The position numbers were made by a program, and so were the translations under genes. DNA of 61,807 bases from a virus, in the IMG/VR virus record IMGVR_UViG_3300018025_000004, positions 1 to 61,807 of that record; one strand, 5' to 3'. Positions 37,464 through 46,908 of the stretch are shown here, piece by piece. The notes below the pieces were generated by a model. That model was given only the letters and a program-made list of their open reading frames with translations. It was not told the DNA's origin and made no database searches. Numbering within the stretch: the first letter of the stretch is position 1; each line of letters opens with the position of its first letter.

Positions 37464-37489
37464 ACGCCCCACCAAAACTGGCGGGGCGT
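37464..37489 (-). other. GC hairpin ACGCCCC-12 nt-GGGGCGT in an intergenic gap
   Basis: The stem sequence is related to the leader-module hairpin. No U-tract. Confidence 0.35.
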
Positions 37490-37523
37490 CTATTATCTGG
37501 GCTCGATCAGGCTAATGCAAGCC

Positions 37524-38789
37524 TCAATCGTCGTCCCACTCGCCGAGCAGAGCCTCGACATTCTGGGGGGTCGCAACCGGCTTGACGGGCTTGGCCGGCG
37601 CATCCTCATCGTCCTCCACGACGACGGGCTTCTTCTTCTTGACCACGACCGGCGCATCCTCATCGTCCTCCACGACGACGGGCTTCTTCTTCTTGACCAC
37701 GACCGGCGCATCCTCATCGTCCTCCACGACGACGGGCTTCTTCTTCTTGACCACGACCGGCGCGTCTTCGTCATCCTCGACCGGCGCGGGCTTCTTCTTG
37801 GGCGGCAGAACCGGCGCGTCTTCGTCATCCTCGACCGGCGCGGGCTTCTTCTTGGGCGGCAGAACCGGCGCGTCTTCGTCATCCTCGACCGGGGCCTTGG
37901 GCTTCTTCTTGGGCGGCAGAACCGGCGCGTCTTCGTCATCCTCGACCGGGGCCTTGGGCTTCTTCTGCGCCACAACCGGCGCAGCGGCGGGGGCTTCAAG
38001 CACCTTGTGCCCATCCGCGCCTTCCGGCGACCACGTACCGGACAGCAGCTTGAGGACTTCGGGCGACTTCGACAGCTTGGCGACGATGGCGAGATCAGCC
38101 GGCTCCAACCATTTCTCCGGCGAGAAGATGACCTTGGGATAGTCCGTCTTCGGATCGAACTTGAGCTTGGTCACCAGCGCACCAGTGTGCTTGATGCCTT
38201 TGGTGCGCAGGTATTCCGTATAGTTGTCGAACGCGAACCAGCCGGCAGCCTCCAGCTCGGGGGACTGACCATCGTAGATGGACGTGATCGCGAGCTTCAA
38301 GCGCAGCGGCGTGAAGGACAGATCGTTCGACGGGATGACAGCCACCATACGGTGCTGCGAACAGGCCGTAACCGCCTTGTTGTTGTCCGACACCTTGGAG
38401 CCCTTCTGCGACCACGGACAGGTGTCGCACTTCTTCGACGGCGCATCGACCACCGAGGGGTGCGGCGTAATGCCATCGTCCGACCAGCACGCCGGCTTGC
38501 CGGGCTTGTCCGGGTCATACGCACCCTCGTAATAGGCGCGGCCACGACGGGGCGCATAGCCAAGGATGATGGCGCGGAAGATCGCCGCCGGAACCAGATC
38601 GCCGTCAGCGTCGCGCTTCTCCAGAATGGTCTTCTCGCCATTCAGGTTGATCGCCCACTTTTTGCCACCGTAGGTCAGCGACGGTACGGACTGGCGGTCA
38701 GCGATATTGCTGCCCTCGTCCGAGTTGAAGAAGTCCTGAATGTGCGCCGGGAGTGCCGGTGCTTTGAAGATAGCGAGATCATTTGCCAT
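37524..38789 (-). CDS. Putative ssDNA-binding protein with a repeat linker and an acidic tip
   Basis: Cys cluster CWSDDG..CDTCPWSQKGS. Seven charge-alternating repeats of 18-19 aa. The C-terminus ends ..LLGEWDDD. Confidence 0.45.
   Translation of the reverse strand: MANDLAIFKAPALPAHIQDFFNSDEGSNIADRQSVPSLTYGGKKWAINLNGEKTILEKRDADGDLVPAAIFRAIILGYAPRRGRAYYEGAYDPDKPGKPACWSDDGITPHPSVVDAPSKKCDTCPWSQKGSKVSDNNKAVTACSQHRMVAVIPSNDLSFTPLRLKLAITSIYDGQSPELEAAGWFAFDNYTEYLRTKGIKHTGALVTKLKFDPKTDYPKVIFSPEKWLEPADLAIVAKLSKSPEVLKLLSGTWSPEGADGHKVLEAPAAAPVVAQKKPKAPVEDDEDAPVLPPKKKPKAPVEDDEDAPVLPPKKKPAPVEDDEDAPVLPPKKKPAPVEDDEDAPVVVKKKKPVVVEDDEDAPVVVKKKKPVVVEDDEDAPVVVKKKKPVVVEDDEDAPAKPVKPVATPQNVEALLGEWDDD
37597..37980 (-). 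repeat. Seven tandem 54/57-bp in-frame repeats (three subtypes)
   Basis: Unit starts: A x3 at 37597, 37651, 37705; B x2 at 37759, 37813; C x2 at 37867, 37924. Near-exact at nucleotide level. Confidence 0.9.
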
Positions 38790-38810
38790 TGTTATGCTCT
38801 CAGATTGAAG

Positions 38811-39230
38811 TTAGTTGGATGTACGAACGCGGATTTCGCGCTCACGCAATACACTGACGCCCGGCGGCAACTCGCCTTGGTGGGCATCCATGTATTCTTT
38901 GACGAACGTCGTTTTGATCCGACGCTCCAACGCATCAAATGCGCCTTCCTTCGCGACGAACGCATAGAACGCGTTCCAGTCGTCGCCACGAGGGATAACC
39001 TTCTCTTGCCAATAGAACTGGCCAGCCGCAGTGTTGGCCGACTTGGCGCTGTTGGCGTTGAGAAAGTTCAACATAGCCGCTTCAAGCGTCTTCTGCTGTT
39101 CTTTGATCGCGTTATCCGCAGCGTCAAACTCGCGCTTGAGCTGGGCACGCTTGTCTCGCATCTTGTTGTAGATGCGCACGACACGTTCGGTGTCGAGGTG
39201 GACTTGGGCGTTGGCTGCATCTTGGTCCAT
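38811..39230 (-). CDS. Coiled-coil protein, 139 aa (Gam/Gp157-like, guess only)
   Basis: N-terminal coiled coil followed by a globular C-terminus. Located inside the recombination/replication block. Confidence 0.5.
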   Translation of the reverse strand: MDQDAANAQVHLDTERVVRIYNKMRDKRAQLKREFDAADNAIKEQQKTLEAAMLNFLNANSAKSANTAAGQFYWQEKVIPRGDDWNAFYAFVAKEGAFDALERRIKTTFVKEYMDAHQGELPPGVSVLREREIRVRTSN

Positions 39231-39239
39231 GGGGGATAC

Positions 39240-40808
39240 CTACGCTATGTACTTGCGGTACAGTTGGAGCATATCATACTGGTTCTTGGTTGCAACATCC
39301 GTCTTATCGTAATAGTCCCACTCAAGCGGATGCGCGCCAATGCGTACCAGTGTCATATGATTTTTCTGTCCCGCACGGTTGAAACGCTCGATCACCTGTT
39401 GAAACTGGGCATTGGAGAAGATCGGAGCGTAGAAGATGGTGGTGTCAGCCTCAGTCAGATTGAGGCCATGCGACATAACTTTCGGGTGGCACAGTAGGAC
39501 GTGGGGGTCAGCCCCGCTCTTAAAGTCTTGTATGGTCTTGCGGCGCTGTCCGGGCGACACATCGCCGTTCAGAACCCCCACACTGTACTGCTTCGCGATC
39601 TCCTTGGCAAGGCTCTTAATGATGCCTTTGAATGGCACGATCACAATAACCTTCGCGTTGGCCCTCGCAATGCAGTCCATCAATACCTGCACTCGTGGTG
39701 CGTGATCGATGGTCATGTACGTATCACTATCGGGGTCTTTCACGCAGCCGCAGAGAATTTGCCGCAGCTTCGTGATACGGTCGGCAGCGTTGACTGCCGT
39801 AATCATCCCCCCATTGAGTTGGTTCTTCACGTCCTCAAGATACATCTCCTCCTTCATGGTGTCAAACGCCTTGCGCTGCGCGGCGGTGAGTTGCGCTTGA
39901 CGGCGTGTAGTAACTACGGGCGGCAGAGTTATGCAGTCCTGCTTACGGAACCGGATTGCCGGCTGCATAACTTCATAGGCGAGGCTGTTCGCGCCCCTGC
40001 GGGGCACCCACTTGAACGGGGTGATCTGCATCATTGTGTCGCGCTTGAACTGGCCAAAGTATTTCGGCACCCCAGTGGGGTTGACCAGCTTGGCTTGCGC
40101 CCACGCGTCGGTCGGGTCGTTGGGGCACGGCGTACCAGTCTGCCACCACAGGCGCATATCAGGCCGCAGCATAGCCGCAAGTGCCTTGTACTTCTCAGAC
40201 TGGGCGTTGCGAAACTCGTCACCCTCATCGATGATGACGACGGATATGTCCTTGTCGCTACGGATGATCTTATTGATCTCGGCGATCTTCACCCCATCGT
40301 GGTTGAGGATGTAGAAGTCGAAGCTGCCCGACAGTGCCTTCTTGCGCTGGTCACGCGAGCCATGGACGACCACAGCCCGGCGGTGCATCAGCGTGTCGAA
40401 AATGTCTTGGAGCCACACAGTCTCCAGCGTCGAGAGCGGTGCACAGATGAGCACCTTCTTGATCTCGCCGAGCTTCATGAGATAGTCGGCGGCCCAGAGT
40501 GCCGAGTTGGTCTTCATCGTGCCGGGGTCCGACAGGTTGAAGCCGCGCTTGTTCAGCGTCCAGAACTCAGCCATCTCGATCTGGTGCTCATACGGCTGGA
40601 ACCTACCCGGCCACAGATAGCCGCACCGGATGGGGGATGGCACCTCGTAACCGAGGTTACGGAGCACCCTCGTGTTGTGCAGCGTCCACTTCGCGGCGAA
40701 GTTATATTCTGGGTCATGCAGTGTCCTCGACTGCGGGAGCAGCCCGCGTAGGTAGAAGGGGTCTTCAACGTGAAGCGCAATGCTCTGCGTAGCCGAGGAT
40801 ACATACAT
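39240..40808 (-). CDS. SNF2-family helicase
   Basis: Motif I-like DPGTMKT, DExx box VIIDEGDEF and C-terminal helicase motifs (SHGLNLTEADT). Confidence 0.85.
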   Translation of the reverse strand: MYVSSATQSIALHVEDPFYLRGLLPQSRTLHDPEYNFAAKWTLHNTRVLRNLGYEVPSPIRCGYLWPGRFQPYEHQIEMAEFWTLNKRGFNLSDPGTMKTNSALWAADYLMKLGEIKKVLICAPLSTLETVWLQDIFDTLMHRRAVVVHGSRDQRKKALSGSFDFYILNHDGVKIAEINKIIRSDKDISVVIIDEGDEFRNAQSEKYKALAAMLRPDMRLWWQTGTPCPNDPTDAWAQAKLVNPTGVPKYFGQFKRDTMMQITPFKWVPRRGANSLAYEVMQPAIRFRKQDCITLPPVVTTRRQAQLTAAQRKAFDTMKEEMYLEDVKNQLNGGMITAVNAADRITKLRQILCGCVKDPDSDTYMTIDHAPRVQVLMDCIARANAKVIVIVPFKGIIKSLAKEIAKQYSVGVLNGDVSPGQRRKTIQDFKSGADPHVLLCHPKVMSHGLNLTEADTTIFYAPIFSNAQFQQVIERFNRAGQKNHMTLVRIGAHPLEWDYYDKTDVATKNQYDMLQLYRKYIA

Positions 40809-40811
40809 GGC

Positions 40812-41237
40812 TTATTTACCCGTAATCAGCAGTGTCGGTTCGGTGAGGGTGCGAGCAATGTTCAGCAGCTCAGCGCCGACCGCGTCAGGCAACTTCTCGC
40901 CCATGGAGGTGTGCACCGTTGCGGTCTCGAACAGCGCCAGCCATTTGGCGAACAGCCCGATGGTCTTTTCGTCCACCACGAACCCGAAACCATCCTCAGC
41001 GTAAATTGACTGGAGATACTGTTTCTGGTTTATGGTCGGTTTGTTTCCGCCGAACTTGGCTTCGACAGCGATGAAGACGCCACGCTTGAGCGCGTTGATG
41101 TCGGACACACCGACCTTGCCGAAGCCGTTGGCCGGCGGCATCCACCAAAACGCACCCCACGCATCCAGCAGCTTCTTGATGTCGTCCTTGACGTGGCGTT
41201 CAGACCCATAGGTCGTGCGTAGCTTGTATGGTTTCAT
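40812..41237 (-). CDS. VRR-NUC domain nuclease
   Basis: GVSDINAL...FIAVEAKFG (D..ExK of the PD-(D/E)XK fold). The pairing with an SNF2 helicase is typical. Confidence 0.7.
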   Translation of the reverse strand: MKPYKLRTTYGSERHVKDDIKKLLDAWGAFWWMPPANGFGKVGVSDINALKRGVFIAVEAKFGGNKPTINQKQYLQSIYAEDGFGFVVDEKTIGLFAKWLALFETATVHTSMGEKLPDAVGAELLNIARTLTEPTLLITGK

Positions 41238-41569
41238 GCTTGATCCCTCCTAATTAACCCACAACCAATCTCGTTCGAGATTGCATCGACAGCCGCTCTA
41301 TACGCGTCATAGACTGGCTCCATACGTTCGACAAACTTAGGCATGAGTAGGTGCCAGTCGGCCGCGTCGAAGTCATCCTGTTCCGGGGTGAACATCGCCG
41401 GAGGACGTTTCGGTATTGTGTCCCAATAGACGAATGTGAATAATCCCGGCTCGTCACGCGTTGCCTTTCGCACGTAGTGACCAACTTCGTCGCAGTGCGT
41501 TCGCCATGCAATCCGTGTGATATACACACCATTCTTGACGAGACGTTCTAGTGCGTCATCCCATGTCAT
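41234..41569 (-). CDS. DUF2829 / Tad2-like domain protein
   Basis: MTWDDALERLVKNGVYITRIAW ... FTPEQDDFDAADWHLL matches the remembered DUF2829 pattern. It carries a ~35-aa C-terminal extension. Confidence 0.5.
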   Translation of the reverse strand: MTWDDALERLVKNGVYITRIAWRTHCDEVGHYVRKATRDEPGLFTFVYWDTIPKRPPAMFTPEQDDFDAADWHLLMPKFVERMEPVYDAYRAAVDAISNEIGCGLIRRDQA

Positions 41570-41571
41570 GG

Positions 41572-42237
41572 TTACATCCTCGGGGGTTTCCAGTGCTCAC
41601 AGGTCTTGACGGGGCACCAGCCGTTGCAGAGCCCGGAGGGTCGCGCCTGCCATATGTCCGTGCTGTAGGCCTGTTTATACTGGCGTAGGTCAGGGATGAA
41701 CAAGTCCCACATTTCCGGCACCTGCTCGCGGGTGTAGGTCTTCGTCGTCTCCTTGCACGTCTTGGTCCAGTAGAAGGCAGTTTCGATCTGCTCCAGAGCC
41801 GGATACATCGCGAACATGTGGATGGCGAAGAGTGCGAGCTGGTGCGGCTTGGTGTGGGGCTTGCCAGTCTTGTAGTCCACGGCCTTACCATACGGGCCGT
41901 GGACGTTGTGCCAATCGATGATGCCTCGGAAGAACGTGTCCGGGGCGAAGAAGTGGCACGGGTGAAGTTTCTTGTCGAGTGCGATCTTACGCTCCGTAAA
42001 CGAGTGACCGGCCATATTGGACAGCTCCCCCATGTACAGCTCGTGTTCCTTCAACTCATATGGCAGTGGCACACCACTCTCGATACGATCCTCGAAGTGC
42101 TTATGCACGCGCTCACCCCAGACCATCTGGGGTGATTGCTCCTCCTTGACGGTCTTCGACACGTACTTCGCCTCATACTGCCGAGGGCAGTTCTTGAAGG
42201 TGTCGAGCGCACTAAATGACCACGCCTTTGGTTTCAT
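41572..42237 (-). CDS. Cas4/RecB-like PD-(D/E)XK exonuclease
   Basis: GIIDWH..AVDYKTGK core and C-terminal Cys cluster CNGWCPVKTC. ATG 42237 is preferred over the upstream alternative start. Confidence 0.7.
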   Translation of the reverse strand: MKPKAWSFSALDTFKNCPRQYEAKYVSKTVKEEQSPQMVWGERVHKHFEDRIESGVPLPYELKEHELYMGELSNMAGHSFTERKIALDKKLHPCHFFAPDTFFRGIIDWHNVHGPYGKAVDYKTGKPHTKPHQLALFAIHMFAMYPALEQIETAFYWTKTCKETTKTYTREQVPEMWDLFIPDLRQYKQAYSTDIWQARPSGLCNGWCPVKTCEHWKPPRM

Positions 42238-42265
42238 AGTTACTGTTGCTCCTGCGGTTTCTGGT

Positions 42266-43096
42266 TCAGCCGCCCATGGCCTCAACCAGTTTGTCGATGC
42301 GAGCCTGCAACGCCGGCTCCAGATCGTTCTCGTACAGGGCCGTGCTGGCGAGGTTCAGGACGAGCTTCGCTTCATCCCGGCTCCACTTGGCTGCGACCGG
42401 GGCCGGACGGGGCGTAAGGGCCGCCTGACCCTTCGGCTCGTGCAGGATCGAGTGCTTCTTGGTGGCCTTCGTCTTGCCCTCAGCCGCCGCCGTGGCCACC
42501 GCGTCCTTGAGGATCGTCGTGGCTTCCGTGGCGTGCTCGCGGACAGTCTCAGCAGCGAAGGTCGCCGACACACGCCCCTCCCGAACGAGCTGGTGGACCT
42601 CAGCCGGGGCCGACTGGAAGTCGAGGAGCTGCGCCACGCACGACTGGCTCTTGCCGATCCGCCGCGCCACGTCGGTGATGGACAGACCGAAGGTGAGGGC
42701 GCGCTTCACGAGCTGCCCCTCCTCCAGCATGGTGAGGGCCTTGCCAGAGTTGGACGTGCTCTGCCGCAGCAGCCGGTCCACGTCGTTGATGCCGCGTCCC
42801 TCCGGCACGCAGGGGACGGTCGGGATTTCAAAGCCCTCGGCGATCAGCTCCTTGACCGCAGTCAGGCGGCAGTGCCCAGCGCCGACGAAGACCTCGTCAC
42901 CGACCGAGAAAATCTCCAGCGGGTGGGAGGGCAAGAACCCCACCTCGCGGATGGAGGCCTTGAGATAATCAATGTGCACGCGAGTGTCCGGCGAGGTCAG
43001 ATCGCGTGCGTTGAGGCCCGGCTGGATGTCAATTTCCAACGGGTTAAAATTCAGGAGAGCCGAACGGCTCACCGCCATATCTTTTAAGCTGGCCAT
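42266..43096 (-). CDS. ParB-like nuclease-domain / HTH protein
   Basis: ParB N-domain GAGHCRLTA and HTH ITDVARRIGKSQSCVAQL. No parA partner seen. Confidence 0.65.
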   Translation of the reverse strand: MASLKDMAVSRSALLNFNPLEIDIQPGLNARDLTSPDTRVHIDYLKASIREVGFLPSHPLEIFSVGDEVFVGAGHCRLTAVKELIAEGFEIPTVPCVPEGRGINDVDRLLRQSTSNSGKALTMLEEGQLVKRALTFGLSITDVARRIGKSQSCVAQLLDFQSAPAEVHQLVREGRVSATFAAETVREHATEATTILKDAVATAAAEGKTKATKKHSILHEPKGQAALTPRPAPVAAKWSRDEAKLVLNLASTALYENDLEPALQARIDKLVEAMGG

Positions 43097-43119
43097 GGTT
43101 GCACCTTGGGGATTGAGGT

Positions 43120-43665
43120 TTAGTCGAGGGTGATGCTGAGCGCGCACGCCACCTTGTGCAGGTGCAGCGCTTGAGTGATCGCATCGTCCACGGCGTTGTG
43201 GAACACGCCGGAACGCTCCAGTTTGAGGGTGGGGGCGAGGCTCTTGACCGTGCGGTAGCAGCGGTCATGCCAGAACTTCCACGGTGTTTCGAGACCCAGA
43301 CGCTCGTAGGCGCGGCGCAGGATCACGTTGTCGAAGGTCGAGCCGTTGCCCCAGAGGGGCAGGCTCTTGTCGCCGAACCACATGGCGAGACCCTCCAGCG
43401 CCGACACAATGTCAACGCGGTCGGAGCCGAGCAGCGACGTGCGAGCCTCGTTACGCTCGGCGTCCATCCACCAGAGGACAGTGGCGGGGTCCATGACGCC
43501 GCCGAACTTGTGGGCCGACGCCGGGTCGATGGCGACGTAGAACTTGTCGCGGATGGGGTTCTCGTTGGCCGGGGTGTTGGGGTCGAACTTCACCGCTCCA
43601 ATGGAGAGGATCAAGGCGTCGTTGTTGGTGCCGAATGTTTCGATGTCAACCATAACATGGTTCAT
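43120..43665 (-). CDS. DnaQ-like 3'-5' exonuclease
   Basis: ExoI VDIETFG, ExoII GNGSTFDN, ExoIII HNAVDDA. The start at 43665 lies just downstream of an operator palindrome. Confidence 0.8.
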   Translation of the reverse strand: MNHVMVDIETFGTNNDALILSIGAVKFDPNTPANENPIRDKFYVAIDPASAHKFGGVMDPATVLWWMDAERNEARTSLLGSDRVDIVSALEGLAMWFGDKSLPLWGNGSTFDNVILRRAYERLGLETPWKFWHDRCYRTVKSLAPTLKLERSGVFHNAVDDAITQALHLHKVACALSITLD

Positions 43666-43691
43666 TGGGGATACTCGTGTCGGGGGTTGGC

Positions 43692-43713
43692 TTTGGGACA
43701 GGGTTGTCCCAAA
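43692..43713. promoter_or_regulatory. Operator palindrome TTTGGGACAGGGTTGTCCCAAA
   Basis: 22-bp dyad filling the gap between the stop at 43715 and the exonuclease start at 43665. Confidence 0.7.
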
Positions 43714-43714
43714 G

Positions 43715-43969
43715 TTAGTGTTGTTGGGGGCTGGCTGCACCGCAGCGCATGATGCCCATGCTGTCGTGGTCGGTGAATTGCTCCGCCGCGTGCAGAGCCT
43801 CCACGGCGTCTTCCGGGTTGCCATACAGGCCGCCGATCATGACGCCGATAGCAGCAACAACAAGCCACGCCTCGCGCCCCATGCAGAAAATCTCCAGCTC
43901 CGTGGCGAAGTCGGCGATCTGCTGCATCTGCTCTCGTGTGGCAGTCTCTGTGTGGGACTGATCGGTCAT
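43715..43969 (-). CDS. Hypothetical protein, 84 aa
   Basis: 4-nt overlap with the upstream gene. Contains a central hydrophobic helix. Confidence 0.55.
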   Translation of the reverse strand: MTDQSHTETATREQMQQIADFATELEIFCMGREAWLVVAAIGVMIGGLYGNPEDAVEALHAAEQFTDHDSMGIMRCGAASPQQH

Positions 43970-44256
43970 GCCATGCCTGCGCCCTTGGTGCGCTTGTAAC
44001 TGCGGTTTGCGTGCTGGGATACGGCGCGCAGGTTGGCGGTTGCAGTCTCAGAGCCACCCTTGACCAACGGCTTCTTGTGGTCAATGTCCTTCTTGGAGCC
44101 GGGCTTAATCATCCCCAGCTTGATCGCCTTGCGCCGGGCGCGGTGCCGGACAGCACTTCCGCTGTCGTGTCCCGTCGCCACTTCCCCGCGCGCTTTGGCG
44201 GTCTTATACTCCTCGGCGTAATTTCTGTGGTAACCCGCTGAGCTAGGCATCATCAT
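43966..44256 (-). CDS. Small HNH-like protein
   Basis: DIDHKKPLVKGG...NLRAV resembles the HNH core. Start at one of ATGATGATG directly after GAGGAGG. Confidence 0.45.
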   Translation of the reverse strand: MMMPSSAGYHRNYAEEYKTAKARGEVATGHDSGSAVRHRARRKAIKLGMIKPGSKKDIDHKKPLVKGGSETATANLRAVSQHANRSYKRTKGAGMA

Positions 44257-44455
44257 CCTCCTCGACATCGTCGTCGGTTTTCGGGGCCGCAACCTCGACG
44301 GGGCGATACCCCATCTGTTTGAACTGCTCTTTCGAGAAGCGCTCAGTGAAGTCGCCTGCGGGGCCGGTCAGGACCATGTGGCCGCTGTCCTTGTCCCACG
44401 ACTTCACGAGGTACGTCTTGCCGGTGTTCTTGTTCTGAAACGCGATAGCCATCAT
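44243..44455 (-). CDS. Hypothetical protein, 70 aa, with an acidic tail
   Basis: ATGA overlap with the polymerase stop. Confidence 0.55.
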   Translation of the reverse strand: MMAIAFQNKNTGKTYLVKSWDKDSGHMVLTGPAGDFTERFSKEQFKQMGYRPVEVAAPKTDDDVEEDDDA

Positions 44456-46419
44456 TTCGCTCCTTTATCCGGGTGGTAGTCACGCAGCCCACCCCACGAC
44501 GGACCTGTCTTGCAGTCCCATGTGAGGGGTATTGGTGGGCTGAAACCCCATGCTCTCTTGTAGGGTAGATTATCAAGAATGTACTTGATGTCAACCGCCG
44601 CACGCTGAACTTTGTCGTTCGGCACGAACAAATATATGCCGTCGTGCAAATCCCATGCGAAGTACGCACCTATATCACGAAGGTACGGTGCGATGCAGGC
44701 CATGGCCAGATACTTCTGATCCGCGCCTGTCCCCTGAATGGGGTAGTTGATCGACGTACTCTCCATGCTCCACGACAGTGGACCGCCCCAGTCACCCACC
44801 ACCTGCACCCGTCGTCCGCCCAGCGTCTCGACGTAGCCGATTTTGCGGGTTAGCGCGATCTGCGCACGCCAGTATTTGGGGACGCCAGTATAGGTCTTCT
44901 GGTACGTGAAGTGAATGACCTTCGCTTCCCCCTCCGTCATCGGAATATCGTACTGCGAGCGCGCAACGACACGCAGCTTACGCGCGCTGGTTCTATATTG
45001 GAGGGACAAGTTTCCCACCTTGCCACTCTTACGCGCGTTCTTCGCCTCCTTGTCCTCCTCCTTGTTCTCCATGATCCAGTGATAGTCACGCCCAGCAATC
45101 TTTGCACCCATGTAACTGTGGGCGTCTTCGCCGGGCATACAGAGCTGGAGCATCGTCTCGTCTCCGCTCTTGATAGCCATCCAGCGGAACTCCTGCCCCG
45201 CCGCGTCAAACTCCATGACAGTGAAGCCGACCGGAGCGACAACCTGACCACGGAATAACTTGTCGTTCTTCATCTGGTGCAGGGCGAACCCGATGGGCAA
45301 CAGTATGTTCTTGGTGGTGCCGGCACGCACACCGGGACCAGTGCCCTTCTGGCTCGACGCGTAGGTCAGGCGGCCCGAGTAGGTGCCAAAGATAATCGCC
45401 TGCGGGTGCACGCGGAAGTCACCGTTGTATCTGGTGCTCTTGACCATGGCGTCTGCGAACTTCGTCTTGAGGTTCAGCGCCTCACGATAGTTACGCACCC
45501 CCTTGGCGCGCTCGTCCTCCAGCCCCAGCTCGTGCAGCGTCTCCTTGTCGGTGGAGCGCGCGGTTACGCCGGTGATCTTCGATCTGGTCTCCTTGAGGAC
45601 CGGCAGCCCCCACTGGTCGTAGAGCAGCTTAGCCAGTTTGGCCGGCGAGCGGACGATCTCCTCGGTGACGCCGTGGTGCTGGAGGGATTTCAGCTCCCGC
45701 CGTGCGTCCCGAGTTAGTTTATTCGACAGGTCGTGGCTCGACAGCGTGTCCACGATCAGCCCTTGGAAGTTGGCGCGGGCGAACATGGGGATGGTCTTGG
45801 CCTCAGCCAAGGCAGCCCGACGCTGCTGGGGCTCCAGCACGTTCCAGTAATGCCGAGCACCGATGTAGGTGAAGATGTTGTCCTTCTTGTTATACGCGTG
45901 CAGTGCCGCGCGGGCTTCCGGGCTACGGTCGTGGAAGTCAATCTCTGTCTCGTAACCCGCGTGGTGCGGCATGAACTCACGCACGAACTGCTTGAGGCTA
46001 TAAGACTGCCGGTTCTTGGGGTTGGCATCGTACTCCGGCTCGACAAAGTAATGCTTCCACAACAACATACCGTCGAGGTACTTGTTGTCGAACACCAACT
46101 CCTCAAGGTCATAACCGAGGAGCACCTGAATATCGAACTGTACGTTCCAGCCCACGATGGTGAGCTTCTTGTCTCGCGCCATGGTCAGCATCGTCTTTGC
46201 TAACTCGCGTGTGCGCTCATAGTCGTGCGGGTTGTCTTCGTCATCCTGCACGCCACCCCAGAAGCGGTTCTTCTCGCCGTCATGCCGCAGCCATACGAGG
46301 CTGGTTCCCCACGCACGGCCTTGGGGGATGCGCCACGGTTGCAGCGCGTACTCCTTCTTGGTGCCCGACGTTTCCCAGTCGAACGTCAGGTAGTTGTTGT
46401 CGTCGCCCCACTCAGACAT
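44452..46419 (-). CDS. Family-A DNA polymerase with a 3'-5' exonuclease domain
   Basis: ExoI FDWETSG; Pol A motif A FDAAGQEFR, motif B KSGKVGNLSLQY, motif C DLHDGIY. ATG 46419 is preferred (8-nt overlap with the upstream gene). Confidence 0.9.
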   Translation of the reverse strand: MSEWGDDNNYLTFDWETSGTKKEYALQPWRIPQGRAWGTSLVWLRHDGEKNRFWGGVQDDEDNPHDYERTRELAKTMLTMARDKKLTIVGWNVQFDIQVLLGYDLEELVFDNKYLDGMLLWKHYFVEPEYDANPKNRQSYSLKQFVREFMPHHAGYETEIDFHDRSPEARAALHAYNKKDNIFTYIGARHYWNVLEPQQRRAALAEAKTIPMFARANFQGLIVDTLSSHDLSNKLTRDARRELKSLQHHGVTEEIVRSPAKLAKLLYDQWGLPVLKETRSKITGVTARSTDKETLHELGLEDERAKGVRNYREALNLKTKFADAMVKSTRYNGDFRVHPQAIIFGTYSGRLTYASSQKGTGPGVRAGTTKNILLPIGFALHQMKNDKLFRGQVVAPVGFTVMEFDAAGQEFRWMAIKSGDETMLQLCMPGEDAHSYMGAKIAGRDYHWIMENKEEDKEAKNARKSGKVGNLSLQYRTSARKLRVVARSQYDIPMTEGEAKVIHFTYQKTYTGVPKYWRAQIALTRKIGYVETLGGRRVQVVGDWGGPLSWSMESTSINYPIQGTGADQKYLAMACIAPYLRDIGAYFAWDLHDGIYLFVPNDKVQRAAVDIKYILDNLPYKRAWGFSPPIPLTWDCKTGPSWGGLRDYHPDKGAK

Positions 46420-46693
46420 CCCACATCTCCTCCAGATCGGTGCCCCACAGCATCTTGGAGGTGCGGTGCAGTTTGGTGCTATGGCGATGCGTCGCCTCAC
46501 GCTGGAGGCAGCCACACGACCGTGTCGGGTCCGTTGTGCGCATTAAGCCAGCGCGCCCAACAACTTTTTTCGTGCCACACGAGCATGAGCACATGTATCG
46601 TGATCGACCGCGCACACCGTTCGCCGCACGGCTCAAGACCGTGAGACGACCGAACCGTGTGCCTGCCACTAAGTCTGGTACTATAATTGCCAT
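46412..46693 (-). CDS. Cys-rich small protein, 93 aa
   Basis: The pattern FGRLTVL...C.CSCG......SCGC is common in phage DNA-binding or HNH-associated proteins. GGAG lies 6 nt before ATG 46693. Confidence 0.5.
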   Translation of the reverse strand: MAIIVPDLVAGTRFGRLTVLSRAANGVRGRSRYMCSCSCGTKKVVGRAGLMRTTDPTRSCGCLQREATHRHSTKLHRTSKMLWGTDLEEMWDV

Positions 46694-46695
46694 AG

Positions 46696-46908
46696 TCACT
46701 CCATGGGTCTGGGCATATCAGGGTTAGTGTCTTTGCTCGGGGCAATGTCGTCCCAGCAAATGTCGCACAGTAGTGTGTGTCGCGGCTTCTCACACTTTCC
46801 CTCAACGCGCATCGTGACTTGTACGAAGCCGTCCGGGGCATCCACCGCAATATCCGTCTCGTGCGCCTTGCCGCAGCGGTCGCACACCCACACCATTCTC
46901 CGAGCCAT
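46696..46908 (-). CDS. Zinc-ribbon protein, 70 aa
   Basis: Contains CDRCGK ... CDIC. Confidence 0.5.
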   Translation of the reverse strand: MARRMVWVCDRCGKAHETDIAVDAPDGFVQVTMRVEGKCEKPRHTLLCDICWDDIAPSKDTNPDMPRPME

